Assembly (NCBI GenBank): GCA_964188305.1
Contig: OZ076889.1
DNA length: 64,000 nucleotides
From: Podarcis bocagei
Lineage: Eukaryota
Reading direction: 5' to 3' (one strand)
Positions 24,366 to 37,338 of the stretch are shown piece by piece. The position numbers were made by a program, and so were the translations under genes. The notes beneath the pieces are model-generated. The model did no database searches and had not been told where the DNA came from. It worked only from the letters and a program-made list of their open reading frames with translations. Numbering within the stretch: the first letter of the stretch is position 1; each line of letters begins with the position of its first letter.

Positions 24366-27300
24366 GGTATCAGATATTGAACCTGTTATGCTGTGGATTA
24401 GGGATTCATAATGAGAAGCAGTGTGAAGTATGTGAGGTTAGCACCATCTCTATGTTTGTATATCTTAGCCTAATTGTTGTGCCATTTGTGTTCAATAACT
24501 GCATCGTTATGTATGGCAGGTTGGTAGAGTTTCTAGCTTTAGCCTCTGAGATGGCTTTGGTATGTTTAAGAAATAATTCCAATGTACAGAGTTTCACTAA
24601 GTATGATTTTTCCCATCACAGTCAGTTGCAGTTATGGGAATAGCCACATCTTGCAGACTTTCCCTTTTTATGGAGCTCTTTAAAAGTAGGCACAAGAACC
24701 CACTAAGTGTCTGAACCAGGCAACCCCACAATGTGGTTAGTGGGTGGTAGGCAGGTGGTGAAATTTATTCAGCACAAAACTGAAATATGTTTCCTACATA
24801 AAGTGGCAATCTCTTTCTGCATGTTTACTGGATGTAGGTAGCAAAAAAAAGTTGTCCACAAGGAAGCTGGCTCTGGCCTAACATTCTCACTGTACATTTT
24901 CCTTGCCTTATGAAAGGAATATTTATATGTACCTCCTGTGCCACAGGAAAAGGGCTAGTGGTAGTTAACTGGACAGTTGGAACAGATTGCATCTTGCACA
25001 GTCCTAGAGCTGTAATTTTCAGTAATGGGATTTTGAATCTCACAGTAATAAAAGAAACCCTTTTTGCCTAGATTTGATCATTGACAGAATTTCTAGATGT
25101 GTTGTTTTTGTGCTGTGTAGATACGAAGTGAAGCCACCACCCACCCACTCTCCCATTTTTTTCTTTTTCAGCCAGCTACTATACAAAGAATGCATTTACT
25201 GTAAACCTGGTTTGAATTTTATTCAGGCCATTTAAAAAAATAAATGAATAAAAGGGAGGAATAGGAGAGTTAGAAAAACTGGGAAGACTTGGAATGAGGT
25301 ATAGGGAGAGGCACTGATATATATGTAACCATTTGAAATCAAGCTTTCATCCCAAACATTTGTGCTTGAATTTTGGAGCTGTTGATACCCTTAGAAACAG
25401 TAGAGTACAACAGTAGTAGTTGTTAGACATGGTATGGTAACATAAAGAAGTGCACCTAATACTTCATTTTCAAGAATAACTGGAGGAAAATGACAACCAG
25501 AATTTAGTAAATACATTTTAGATTAAGGAGGTAATTTTAAACCCAATAGCTACAAAGTAATCACCGTTGAACACAGTAGGATTTACCTCTGAGAAAACAT
25601 GCACAGGATTATATGCTGCATAGTAATTTTTCTTTGCCTCCTGTTGCCCCCCCCCCCCGAACCATTGAGACTGGATCTTATTTCACTTAAATTATGAGTG
25701 TTGTGGCTTGGAACATTTTCATAACCTGATGAGCTAGGCTAGGTTACTTAAATTATTTAAAGAGTTAACACGAAGATTGGCTGACACAGGTGTTTAATAC
25801 AATACAACCAGATAATATATTACCCAGATATTAGTATTTTTATATAGTTCTAATTTGGCAAAGCACAAAATCCGTTGCACACACACTTTGCAATGATGGA
25901 AGAGCTGCTGGGCTGGGTAGACCTCTGTCCTCGGCAACCCAACAGTAATTGAAGATCTTTAAAAATGCATGCATCCTCCGTCTTTCCCATATGGGCTCCT
26001 AAGGCAACATGACCTTATGTGGCCATTATCTGACCTCTTTTACTCTTGGATTACAGGGTACAAAGCAAATTTATAGTTGTTTATTCTCTCCTCCTATCAG
26101 CTATTAGTGCCTAATCATATGGTCTATTGATCATGTGATTAATCACCTGCCTAAAGACGCAGCAGATCTTGTGGAATGCTGCACTGCACCACACTGAACT
26201 TCAACCTTTTATACAAACTTGAACAGTAAAAACATTAGTCAATGCCGAAGCCTCTGGTTAGTATGCTCCTAGAACACCAGGAGGTAAATCTTGTTGGTTA
26301 AGAAAACACACCATACTATCAGTTCTTCCGTTTAAAAAACATATAACCCTCCCATACTTCATTTGCAGATACATACACTTGCCTAGAAGATTATTTTAAT
26401 GCATCCTATAGATACTAATTGGCGGGGGTGGAGGCAGGGACTGTGCTGTGTTATAGTGTCCACTATTTTTACCATAAGGATCTGACAGCATTTCAGTAGT
26501 AAAACCTTTATTTTCAAGGATTTATAATATGCTTGTGACATTTGGCTCTGCCTGAGCTATGAGCCTTTAAAATTCTTTTCTTCTTGTTCCCAACTTGTTG
26601 TTTTAAATACTGATTGGCCATATTTTATTTGCAAATGTTCATTTGTGCTACTATTTATTTGTTTTACCTTTTCTCTTAAAATCAGCATTATATAAAATTG
26701 AGTATAAAATAAAACAGGGATTTTTAAATAGTTAAAAAAGGATTGCTATACACAGTTTGTGGGAGCTGTTTCTCACAAATACCTGTTAAATGGTATTGTC
26801 ATGATGGAGATGTAATATAGACTAGATCAGAGGCCTTCTATCTTGTTGCAAAACGACCTTTTAAATATTCGTGTATAGAACCAGCTTTCCATCTGTTAAC
26901 TTGTAGAAAGGAATATATCACTTTTAATCCTTGTTCATTTTTCATCCTTGTTATTTTCTTGAAATCTCAACTCAGTATGAGTCCTAAGAACACTCCACCT
27001 GCTTCCCCTCCCTCCATCATCTCATACCATCTTATCACTGCGAAGGGAATATGGAACTTGGCATATCACAATTATTTGATGTTCCTGACCCTTGACTCTG
27101 CCCCTAGTTTGAAAGGCAGACTGGGTTGCAGGGTCAGGGATATTCTACATTGAAATAAATGAAGCACATCCCATTTATTATCTTCTTGTGTGGTGAGAAG
27201 GTGAGAGCAGAAGCCTGAGAGTCTGAAATACTTAATATTCCTTGGAAAGTAAGAAGTGAACTACTGTCCTAGGCACATTTCAAGCCTGTACATCTGTCTC

Positions 27301-28550
27301 GAAATTCAAGCAACAAATCACACCGCAAAAATCTTGTAGCAAGGAATATTGCAGTGGACAAGTGTAGAAGAAGGCATGGGGACTTCTCTGAGTTATGCTG
27401 CCTACAAATGAGGCATTGGGCCATACTCTATATCATGCCTACTGTTCCAAAAAGATTCATGGTTCATTCTATGAAGATATTCATGCTGTGTAACACACTG
27501 TGTGCATGTGGTGATGGGACTAAGCTCATTGCCACAAGGAAACCCTGTCAGACACCAACTGCTGTGAATTCTCTGCTCCCTTACCAATATATTTGGTGTT
27601 TGCTTAGGTATGTGAACAACCCCTGCTGACAAAAATGTAATTAAACAAAATAAATGAAAAAGGGGCAAGTAATTTTAAGTGGTGTTAGATGGTGTTTATG
27701 TATGATGGAGATGGAGACTACTACTTGTGCTTCTTGTAGGAGAGCTGGTAGGAGAGGATAACTCATTCACTTTCTCAAAAGGCAAGGCCAATTCAACTTC
27801 ACTATACCTTTCTGTGGAAGACTTCCTTCCCAGTACTTGGCTCTGACTTCTAAGAAGGAGCATATTTGTTTCAGTTTTGAAGCTTTGACAATTTAATCTT
27901 ACTTGTTCATTTCACTTCCAGTTTTTCCAGTTCTACATACATTTGGTATATTGTGTATGGATGGCCTTCTTCTCTGATCATTTTTGTTGAGAGGTGTGGA
28001 GCTTTTCCACGGATCAGCCACACTGGTCCTACCAGAAGCCTAGACTCCAGCACTTTTGCATCTTTAGCCCAAGCAGGTCATTTGCCATTGTGGCAGAGGG
28101 GAGAGGCCCTGTTCTCTGCTGCCTCCTTTCCTTTAAAAAGGCAGAGTTACCTGGTGACTGTTTTGGTGGCTAACTGGTAGCTGCCATAGCAGAAACACCA
28201 ATTTGTTTTGCCATCCCTGCATGTATTTCAGTTGAAATGAAATAAAGCAGTCAAACAGAATGAACTTGAGACAGACGGAAACAACAGAGCTATATTTCAA
28301 ATCTATACAGGCTAATCTATACAGGCCATAACCTGTCCCAAAAAGCTATGGAACGGCTGTGTATTGGGACACTCACACCCGAGGAGATGGTGCAGCTGTT
28401 CTATCATGCTAAAAAAAGGGTCAGATTTTCAAAGCTCGGGTGGGAGGAAGCTGAAGAGGGAAAATGGGGAAGGAGAATGTTTTGTTCATGACTTCATGTA
28501 AACATCCTAAAAAGCAAATAAAAAAAGGGGGACATTTCCTATGACCCTAA

Positions 28551-29109
28551 TGTCATGAGCCCCATGGCAAGCAATGTGGAGGGGCGATCCTGGCAGAATC
28601 TGTCAGAGGAAGAGGAGACAGAGATTACTGTGTCTGTTGATGGGGAGAGTCCAAGTAGTATGCTGGGAGACATCCAAGTTGACAGGGCGAATCAAGCAAT
28701 TCTGCCATTGCCCTGCCTCAGGAGAGCAAGGTTGCTCCGGCAACTGAGGAAGCACATGAGCACGAGTCAGGCAGTGAGCTGGTAAAACAGACTCAGGTCC
28801 CATCTCCAACGATGCATCCTCTGGTGAGGGCAGCTCACTTGTAGGAATTCCTGCTTACTTGTCCAGTCCAATGACTTGGGATGAGAACTGCGCAAAAGAC
28901 TCTGCCTGTCCAGGTTTTTAAAAGGAGAGCAAAGGAGGCATGTCAGGTGTTGAGATAGCATCTTAGCTTAGAACTCTGCTTCTGAACTATTGGACTATGT
29001 AACCTGTGTCTTGATCTGTGTTTAAGCTGTGGACTGATTTGTGAAACGAGGCCTTCAGGAACAATTGAGCTGAGAGTGAGTACTGTGTCTGAATGTGGGA
29101 GTCAGGACA
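28551..29109 (+). mobile_element. Putative solo LTR (Gypsy-like), degenerate
   Basis: Starts TGTCATGA and ends GTCAGGACA (TG...CA). Purine-rich U3-like part, TTTAAAA TATA-like motif at ~28917, pyrimidine-richer downstream part. No TSD seen. Confidence 0.45.
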
Positions 29110-31550
29110 CATGAGAAGACCCTGTTGGTGCAGAAGCCATCCTTCCCAACAGGGCTAGCACACACTGAAAAGCTGGGTCATGAGCAAGGTCAGCCTTGCA
29201 ATGAGTAATGTGTTGTAGCTCCCCCACCCAGCTGGCAAAATCTACTCCTAAATGGGATGGTGTTTTAATTCTTCAGTTCAGATACAAACAGGTCCTTGAT
29301 ATATTAGCAAAGGACATTGAGTTGGCTCAAAGAGAAATGCAGCCACTTAAAAGCATTAATTCTCATGGAATTCACAGAAAAGCAAAAATAAATTAAATGT
29401 GCCACCTTTAAATTTTTGGCTATGTTAAAACATTATGAGAACTACCTGTTGGACAAATTATGATAAATGATATCAGCTGACACACTGCAACTTGTCTGAA
29501 CTTCTTTGGGCTGTAGTCATAAGAGGCAAGTTATACAACTTGCAAATTAAACTTATATCTATCATACTATTTTAAAGGAAATTATTAAACACTAGTAAAT
29601 ATGGTGTTCTGTATCCTTATGAAGTAGCAAAATTCTTTCTGAAAATATGTTGAGAAGAATCAAATCCTTAGTGTCAGTCTTGAAATTTCTATCCCTACAA
29701 TGCTCAAAATTTCTCCCCTTTCAACAAAGTGCATGGAAGTTATATTAAAGTGGCTTACCTAGGCTAATATGTTGTTGTTATTTCATTTATGAATAATAAT
29801 AAAAGCAGCTAAGACAGTTTTTAAAGCAGTACAAAACACACATACAAAAGAGTGCTTTAAAAACAGTGGGATAAACACTTAAGGCAGAGACCTTTTCATC
29901 TACTGTACCTGGAAAGTTTATGAACTTTGACCAACCTAGGTAGCATATTTATATAGAGAAAGTTGTTGGAGACTACTGGTGTTAAATTAATGACCTTGCT
30001 GGTATGAGTGTCTTTCATACAAAATAATCTTCATTTTAAAAAAATCCAGAATAACTTCAGAGCTGTGTATCTTTCTGAGATGAAAATGCTCATTTTCATC
30101 CTTTTGGGTCAAGACTTGGGTTTAGAAGACAGAAATAATTTCTGGAAGCCAGCAGTGCTTTGTCTCTTTTATAATGACAATCCACTACTGAGGCCCCACT
30201 ATATACTTGGTCTTTCCCTGGCTTTAGATGAGGCAATTGCATGACCACTCCTCTGCTGGCTCTGGACTCCCCCCCCCCCAAGACTGTCTGCAACCTCAGT
30301 TTCTCATGGGTAAGAAAGATAAAGAGGTAGAGTTAGGGTTGAGGTTCAGTGTTTGGGTTTATTGGGATGCTGGGTTTCCTTGGGGCTGGAAAAGTTGGGC
30401 TGCTCTACTGTGACAGCAGGTTCTTCAGTGTCCCCAGTTGTGCCAGGGGTCTCTGTGTCATCTCACAGCACTTCCTGGCTGAGGTTCCCTCTGGAACATG
30501 GTTGGGCTGCACAAGGAGTTAGACTTGTACCAGTTCACATCAACCAGAACAGCTCCCATTTCTGCTTTGAGCTAGTGCTTGTCCTCTTCCCTCTGCTGCT
30601 AGGGATATTTCCCAGTGGCAGAGGAAACTCTTATGTATTTGTGGGAATCAGGATGTCAGTTTTTGCCTGTTATATTTTCTCTACATCTGTGCACCCAGCA
30701 CATCCACAATTGGGGAGAAAGAGAATTATAACTTGGGTAACAGGAAGCTTTGGAAGAGTTTTCACCTGGCCAGCATAGTTGGTCTCCTCCAAACTGTTAT
30801 GTACCTTAGTCACTTTTCCTCAGGCTTGAAACATATGTAAAAACCATTCATCCCTCATACACTACAGGTGCAAGAGAAGTCACGGGCAAATTAAAGTAGG
30901 TTAGTAAGGTGACTAAAGAAAAATTGAGGTGAAAGCTTCTTATACTTTTCATACTGGAAGAATGGGGGTTAAAGAACTATCTACATATCTCTTGGTTTAT
31001 GTGGGTCAGTGGCCAGAGCCAATGTTGTTGGCCCTCCAACTGATTTAAAATATGATTGCAGTTAAAAATTACTTCATAGGTAATAGTTGTTAAATATAAT
31101 ATTTACCCATCCCACCCCTCAGATACCAGGAGATCACATATTATCTGGTGAGGGGTGGAGGATTATTATTTTAGTATTGATTAGCACACTAATTAACTGG
31201 CAGGTAATTCAAGGAGCTGTGCAGGTTCATGCAGAAGGCTATTTCTGGTCCACTGGAATCCGTGGCTTTTCTCGCCCCCTCCCTTTTTGTGGTAAATAGC
31301 TGATCCCCATAAGAGTTTTTCAATATTCTGCTTTTTCAATGTTCTTCAGTTTCAAAAGCAGTTTTGCAGCTATTTGAGAAAAACAAGCTTAAGGTCCCAC
31401 TGAGCTCAAGACCTGGGCCTAATTCTCAGAATGCAAGTGGGGGTCTCACGTGATTGCAAGCCCCCCCCCATTATAAATCTACTGCACAAAAAACTTTATG
31501 TCAGGGAGAAAGTTTCTAGTCTAGCCTGGTTCCAGATATACTATTTTTTC

Positions 31551-31551
<1 letters not shown>

Positions 31552-31590
<39 letters not shown>
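31552..31590. repeat. (AG)n microsatellite
   Basis: About 19 perfect units. Confidence 0.95.
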
Positions 31591-31592
<2 letters not shown>

Positions 31593-32534
31593 CGTACGGA
31601 GGACTGAAGTGGTATAGCCTCAACATGTTTACCCCTTCAGTAAGTACTAGACCCTCGTTTCACAGTTATTTGGGCCCTGGCCATTGCATTTTGTCTAGCT
31701 ATCAGTGGAAACAGAATCTGTCGGTTTTGAAGAGCACAGATTAGGAAGGAATGTGCCGTTTGGAAACGTGGCAGCTCTCATAGTACTGTGTATGGTTTAA
31801 ATTAAACCTTTTTTTGGAAAGCAGAATAGCTGCAGGCCACATTTTGAGGGAAAGCAACAGCAGAAAAGGGTTGGCTGTGGTTTTTCCTTTGCTGTATAAC
31901 AGACCAACTTTCTCTTGTTTTAACACAGAAGCGGGGGAGGGAAAGCTGGACTCCTTCAGACCAACCACACAGCTTCTCTGCTGACCACAAAAAGGAAGTT
32001 AGGCATGGCAAGGCTAGGATTAATACCCACTGTCTCTTAAGCCAACAGGGTGTGAGAACTTTTTATATGGATTTTTTCCCTCCCTGCCTTCTTGCCAGAT
32101 TGACGGTGTGGTCAGAGTTTAGACATCTTGAAACAAGTACAAGTTTGCATTACATTGTGTTCCAGGCTTTTCTAAATTGCATCTTAAATTCGTTTACGCC
32201 CACTGCTGAGCTTTTAGCAGGGCAAACCACTAATAGCTTTGTGCTACTTGCTGGAGGGATAGGAAACATAAAAAATATGCCTTGAACACTCTAGGCAGTT
32301 GGCAGATCTTGACTGGCTGATAGACTATAGTTATGCTTAATGAAACAGGCAAAGCCAACTCTTAATAGAACAGAGCTCTTTATTCTATGTGAATAATAAG
32401 ATTAAGAATTTATTGAATAATTGAATTTACTAGTCATTTGTCCAAATTTCCTTATTCACCGGCTCTTCTAAAAATTGACAGTGTGTGTGCTTTTATATTT
32501 AATTGTGACATCACATATTTCCATGTGTGAGATA

Positions 32535-32665
32535 TTTTATTTAATTTATTTTATTGTATTTTAAATATTTTGTTGGAAGCTGCCCAGAGTGGCTGGGGAA
32601 ACCCGGCCAGGTGGGTGGGGTAAAACAACAACAACAACTACTACTACTACTACTACTACTACTAC
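32535..32665 (+). mobile_element. L2 3' terminus with stem-loop and (AAC)n(TAC)n tail
   Basis: GAAGCTGCCCAGAGTGGCTGGGGAAACCCGGCCAGGTGGGTGGGGTAAAA followed by a trinucleotide tail. Confidence 0.7.
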
Positions 32666-32666
32666 A

Positions 32667-32945
32667 GAGATGGCCAACAACCTAGATGGCTTTAAAAGAT
32701 AGACAAATTCCTGGAGGTGAGGACTATCAGTGGCTACTAGCTATGATGGCTGTGTTCTGCCTCCACAATTGGAGGCAGCAATGCTTCTTGAATATCCATT
32801 GCTGGAAACCACAGTGGGTGGAGAGTGCTGCTTTGTTCAGATGGAGCTTGTGCGTTTCTCACAGGCATGTGGCTGGCCAATGTGAGAACAGGATGCTTGG
32901 CTTGATGGTACCATTGGCCTGATCCAACAGACTGTTCTTATGTTT
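32667..32945 (+). mobile_element. CR1-type LINE 3' end
   Basis: GATGGCCAACAACCTAGATGGCTTTAAAAGA...GACAAATTC ... TTGGCCTGATCCAACAGACTGTTCTTATGTT terminus. Confidence 0.8.
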
Positions 32946-32975
32946 GCAAGCAAATCATACCCTCCTGAAGTATAT

Positions 32976-33172
32976 AAGAACATAGTAAGCTGCTGTAGAC
33001 TGAGTCAGACCATTGGTACATCTGTCTCAGTGCTGTGTGTGCTGAGTGGCAGTGGCTGCCCATAGTTTCAGACATGGGACTCTCCTAGCCCTACCTAGAG
33101 ATTCCTGGGGTTGAACCTTGGCCCTTCTGCATGCAAAGCAGATGCTCTATGACTGAGCTGCAGCCCATCCCC
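32976..33172 (-). mobile_element. Squam3-type tRNA-derived SINE
   Basis: Reverse complement reads GGGGATGGGCTGCAGCTCAGTCATAGAGCATCTGCTTTGCATGCAGAAGGG..AGGTTCAACCCC ... CAATGGTCTGACTCAGTCTACAGCAGCTTACTATGTTC. Confidence 0.85.
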
Positions 33173-33575
33173 TAATGCTATTTTCTTACATGAAAACAGG
33201 CCTATTCCTTTGATGTCTCATATTTTTATTTTTAAGCATTACATGTTCTTGAACTTAATCTGTTCGAGGAGTCCATTTGACTCCCGAAACCTTTCAAAAA
33301 CCAAGGTGTGGCTTCTGATTGGCTGCAGGAGCTTCCTGCACTCAACCAGAAGCCACGGAAGCCATGTCAGATGTTCAGCTTCTGAAAAATGTTCGTAAAC
33401 TGGAACACTCCTGGGTTTGTGGCGTTTGGGAGCTGATTTGTTTAGGAACCAATTGATTTTTGCATTCAAGTCCTGTTTTATAATTCTGTGAAACAGTTGT
33501 GGATTTGAATCAGCTGATATTTAACCATATTCATCCCAGAACTCAATGTACTTGGAGTGGCACATGATCATTATA

Positions 33576-33801
33576 CAGTGGTACCTCGGGTTAAGAACTT
33601 AATTCATTCCGGAGGTCCGTTCTTAACCTGAAACTGTTCTTAACCTGAGGTACTACTTTAGCTAATGGGGCCTCCCGCTGCTGCTGTGCCGCCGCCACAC
33701 AATTTCTGTTCTCACCCTGAATCAAAGTTCTTAACCCGAGGTACAATTTCTGGGTTAGCGGAGTCTGTAACCTGAAGCGTCTGTAACCCGAGGTACCACT
33801 G
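33576..33801 (+). mobile_element. Tc1/mariner (Tigger-like) MITE, copy 3
   Basis: Perfect TIR CAGTGGTACCTCGGGTTA / TAACCCGAGGTACCACTG with TA TSD on both sides. Confidence 0.95.
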
Positions 33802-36237
33802 TAATCATGTAGTTACTATCATAACCATTGCAAATATTTAGTAACACATATTCTGAAAATATTGAAATATAACAGTTTATAAATTGAAACCATTTGTCCA
33901 TTTGATAAATATAGTGCAGTCCTGACCAGGCATGACATGTGCAGTTTTTGTATATTGTTGTTACAATATTTCTAAATACATAATGCTTCTTGTGTATCGT
34001 AATTATGTAGTCCTAATATATTTGTAGTCAATTTATAATACATAAATATCTCCACCTATAGAACAGTTTCCTTCTGATAGAGAGGGTTTCTAGATTATCC
34101 GTACTTGCTTGCTCTTTGTTCACATGTGCTTTGGTAGCACAGGAAGTAGAAAGAAATGAGGAAAGCTTTCTCTTAATTTGTTTTTGCTGCCCTGGAAGAC
34201 CTCCATTGCATCTTGATCTTTTTTCACTGCTGAGGAATTATACAGTAACAAATTGAATCCATTGATCACTGTCTTCTCTGAAGTTTCACTTTGTAAGATT
34301 CTATACAGTAGTCCATTGACTTTGATAGAATTACCAATAGCAGTAATCAAGGCACTTAGGATGAGGCCAAATTATTTCCTTTACTGCATGGGTGTATGAG
34401 GAAGAAAACATAAAGGAATTATCTTATATCCAGTAATAAGAGACTTGTGTGGCCTTTTGTGGTGGGGGTGCGAGAAGAGTGTTGGGTGTTCTAATCTAAG
34501 TAGCTATTACTATGGTAATAATAATGAACTACCAGGTGCTAGGATATATAGTATATATAGTCTTTGCCTTATATTCGCTGGAAGAGTTAATCACAAAGTG
34601 ATTTTCCTCTCAAGATTCACGTGTTAAATTGTTTCCAAATGTTAAAATTTCAAGGTCCCACGTCATGAAAAATAACAGTGAATTAGCTTTACTTCAGTAC
34701 ACAGGAACTTAGTATCTTTCCACATTAGGGAGGGGGAAGGGTATCCTTTACATTACTATTCTAGAAAGCACTCGGAACAATCATGGGACAAAATGGGAAG
34801 GATTAAAAACTCCTTTGCTACTGGTTGTGCAGATTTTGCAGATGCTTAGGCTGTACTCAGAACTGTAAAGAGGCAAGAAGTCACTTAGCATGAACAGATG
34901 TATTTTCTTTAGTAAACTCTTTCAGGCTATTGTTTCCTAGCCATTAAAATATGCCATCTTGATACTTGGTTATTCACTATATACCATAAAATATTTATTA
35001 AGGTCATAGAACTGTAGTGCAGTAGAAAAAACCCACATGTGGAACAATATGCTCGCTGTTATTTTGGATAAGAACATTTCTGCTGGGTTGCATCACTGTC
35101 TGTAAATTTTATTGATTATAATTAAGTTCGTCTGTATTGTCTCTGGGAATGTACATAGCTTAAAATCAATATTTCTTATATTCATTAGGAAAACCAGCTT
35201 GAAAGGGATTTTAGTAGAAATAAGCAGCAAGGCTGTCACTTTGATTGCATTTATAAAGCATTAGGGGCTCACCATTTCTCCTGCTTTTCTGAATGTGTCT
35301 TAAACACATTTCTCAAATTTTGTCTCCACATTTAGCTGTTTTACTTTTACCCATTATCCCTATTCTTTATATCAAGCTTCCATTAAGAGAAGGCATGCAC
35401 CAGGTGTCTGCTGCAGGTAAACTCTGATTTAAAGTATCTGAAACTTTCATCTGCCCAGCTTCAGCTGTATTAATTTACATTATGCATCTGCCCTTCATCT
35501 GTATCATCTGCTTTGACAACATATGGAACCATTTTAAGCACAGAATAACATGTTGTCACCTTACTGAAATTTGTGATGAGTTAAATAGGGACAATGCTTC
35601 ACACTTCAGTCAACTGTCGCACAAAAAGTCATGTCAGAAAGCCTACTCCCTCTAATACAAAAGTTGATGATTGCAGGGTGTTTTAAAGCTTTGTTTTGTT
35701 TATACAAGTTTCATAAATTCAATCCCAGCAGTCTGTGTACATCCATGAATGCACTATGACTCCATTCTACATCTGTTTATTTACCATTGTTTCTAAAACA
35801 TCATTCAATAAAATTTCCAGTTTAAACAATTTCAAGTAAACACATACAGAGAGCATCGTAGCATAATGCATTCAAAATAGCACATATAAAACCTTTAAAG
35901 CTGCTTATTTAAAATCACACACTGAAGGCCTGTTGGAGCATTCAAACACAAAAAAGAGGAAATCTAGCAAACCCTAAAAGAGAATGCAATCTACACCTTT
36001 GGAACCATGACCAAGATGGCCCTGACTCTCACCCCCATCTGTCTAACCTTGCAAAGCAGCAGGCCCTCTGAATTTATACTGTAAATCACTTTGGGATGCC
36101 TCACGTGAAATTATTCATAAATGAAATAAATAAATGTAATTTAAGAGATTCACAAGGGAGTATGTGGCTCTTAAAGTAAGCTGTAGATTGAGAGGATATC
36201 CCAATCAATAATACTTTGCACATTTTTTAAAATTTAC

Positions 36238-36329
36238 TTTTCTTCATGGAGACTGTTGGGATTAAATTTGGGGGAGGGGGAGTTCACAGATTTATTGAAA
36301 TTTAATCCTAACAGTCTCTATGAAGAAAA
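36238..36329. repeat. 32-bp inverted repeat with a 28-nt spacer
   Basis: Arms 36238-36269 and 36298-36329, with 30/32 Watson-Crick pairs and two G-T pairs. Confidence 0.9.
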
Positions 36330-36939
36330 TTAACTAATAAATAAAAAGTGGTGATCTGATTAACATTACCCTATGGTGGAGTTGAGAGGTGAAACAGATC
36401 TTGCAGTGGTTCATAGTGGGTAGCATGAACAAAGCACCAACAGGTTCACTCCAGCTCTCTGGCCTAGAGCCAATAACTCACTGTGGTACTGAGAACAGTT
36501 TTAGCATGTGAGCTTTTTGAAGGCAAGTTTATTTCTCTCCTTAGCTGCAATCTCAGCTAAGGGGTCTTAGATTTAGATGGTGCCTGGTTACTGGCGTTAG
36601 GTTTAGTATTAGAGTTTTCTCCTCCCCCCCCCCATCAGGGTGTGTTGTACCTAGCTCTCCTTTTGACTTCAGCCACAAAAAGCATTATTCCACAAGTTGT
36701 GGATGTTTATTAGTTATTGATCCACCCCTTTTATCATTTATTTAGATACTCAAAGCTTGGAAATCCTGGTGACCACACTTAGTTTCAATAATGGACAAAC
36801 CATCCATGAGTAAATAATGAAATCAAACTTGCTATTGGGTAATGTACTGTCAGCTGGAAGGGGAAAGAACTAATGATCAGATAGGTCCAGATGGGGCCCA
36901 GATAGTTCTCTCCATTGGAGGGAATTATACATGAAGTAG

Positions 36940-37135
36940 GTAGCTTATTTATCACCATTGTATCTCACAATTTCCCCAAGAAGCTAAGGACAACATACAT
37001 GGGTTTCTTCCATTTTTAACTTCAAAACTGTGAAGTAGGTCAAGCTGAGAAGTGACCCGCTTAAAGTTGCTAGTGAACATTTGAACTTGGGTATCTGAGG
37101 TCTAACTCCTAGCACTGTTATTACTGCATTACACT
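36940..37135 (-). mobile_element. Old CORE/MIR-like (Squam2-type) SINE, degenerate
   Basis: CTGTGAAGTAGGTCAAGCTGAGAAGTGACCCG...ATTTGAACTTGGGTATCT (reverse B box). Similar to 51455-51665. Confidence 0.55.
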
Positions 37136-37185
37136 AACTGGCATCATTACACTGCATCACACTTGCTGTCATTATTTCTTTATAG

Positions 37186-37338
37186 CAGTGGGGGATTTTT
37201 TTTGGGGGGGGGAGAGGTGCTGGTACTCATATATTGATAAAAGTGCCTGTAGGTGCCAACACAAAATGGCTGTCATAGGCAGCGAAGAAATAGGTGATGG
37301 TACTCTGAACCAGTGAGCACTGTCACAAAAAAGCACTT
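37186..37338 (+). mobile_element. hAT-type MITE
   Basis: Perfect 8-bp TSD CTTTATAG (37178-37185 and 37339-37346). Ends CAGTG... / ...AAAAAAGCACTT. Internal GAGGTGCTGGTACTC is shared with 61760-61897. Confidence 0.8.

Noticed and set aside
23905-24643. Overlapping ORFs of up to 185 aa
   Set aside because: Explained by the stop-poor GC-rich insertion. No recognisable domain.
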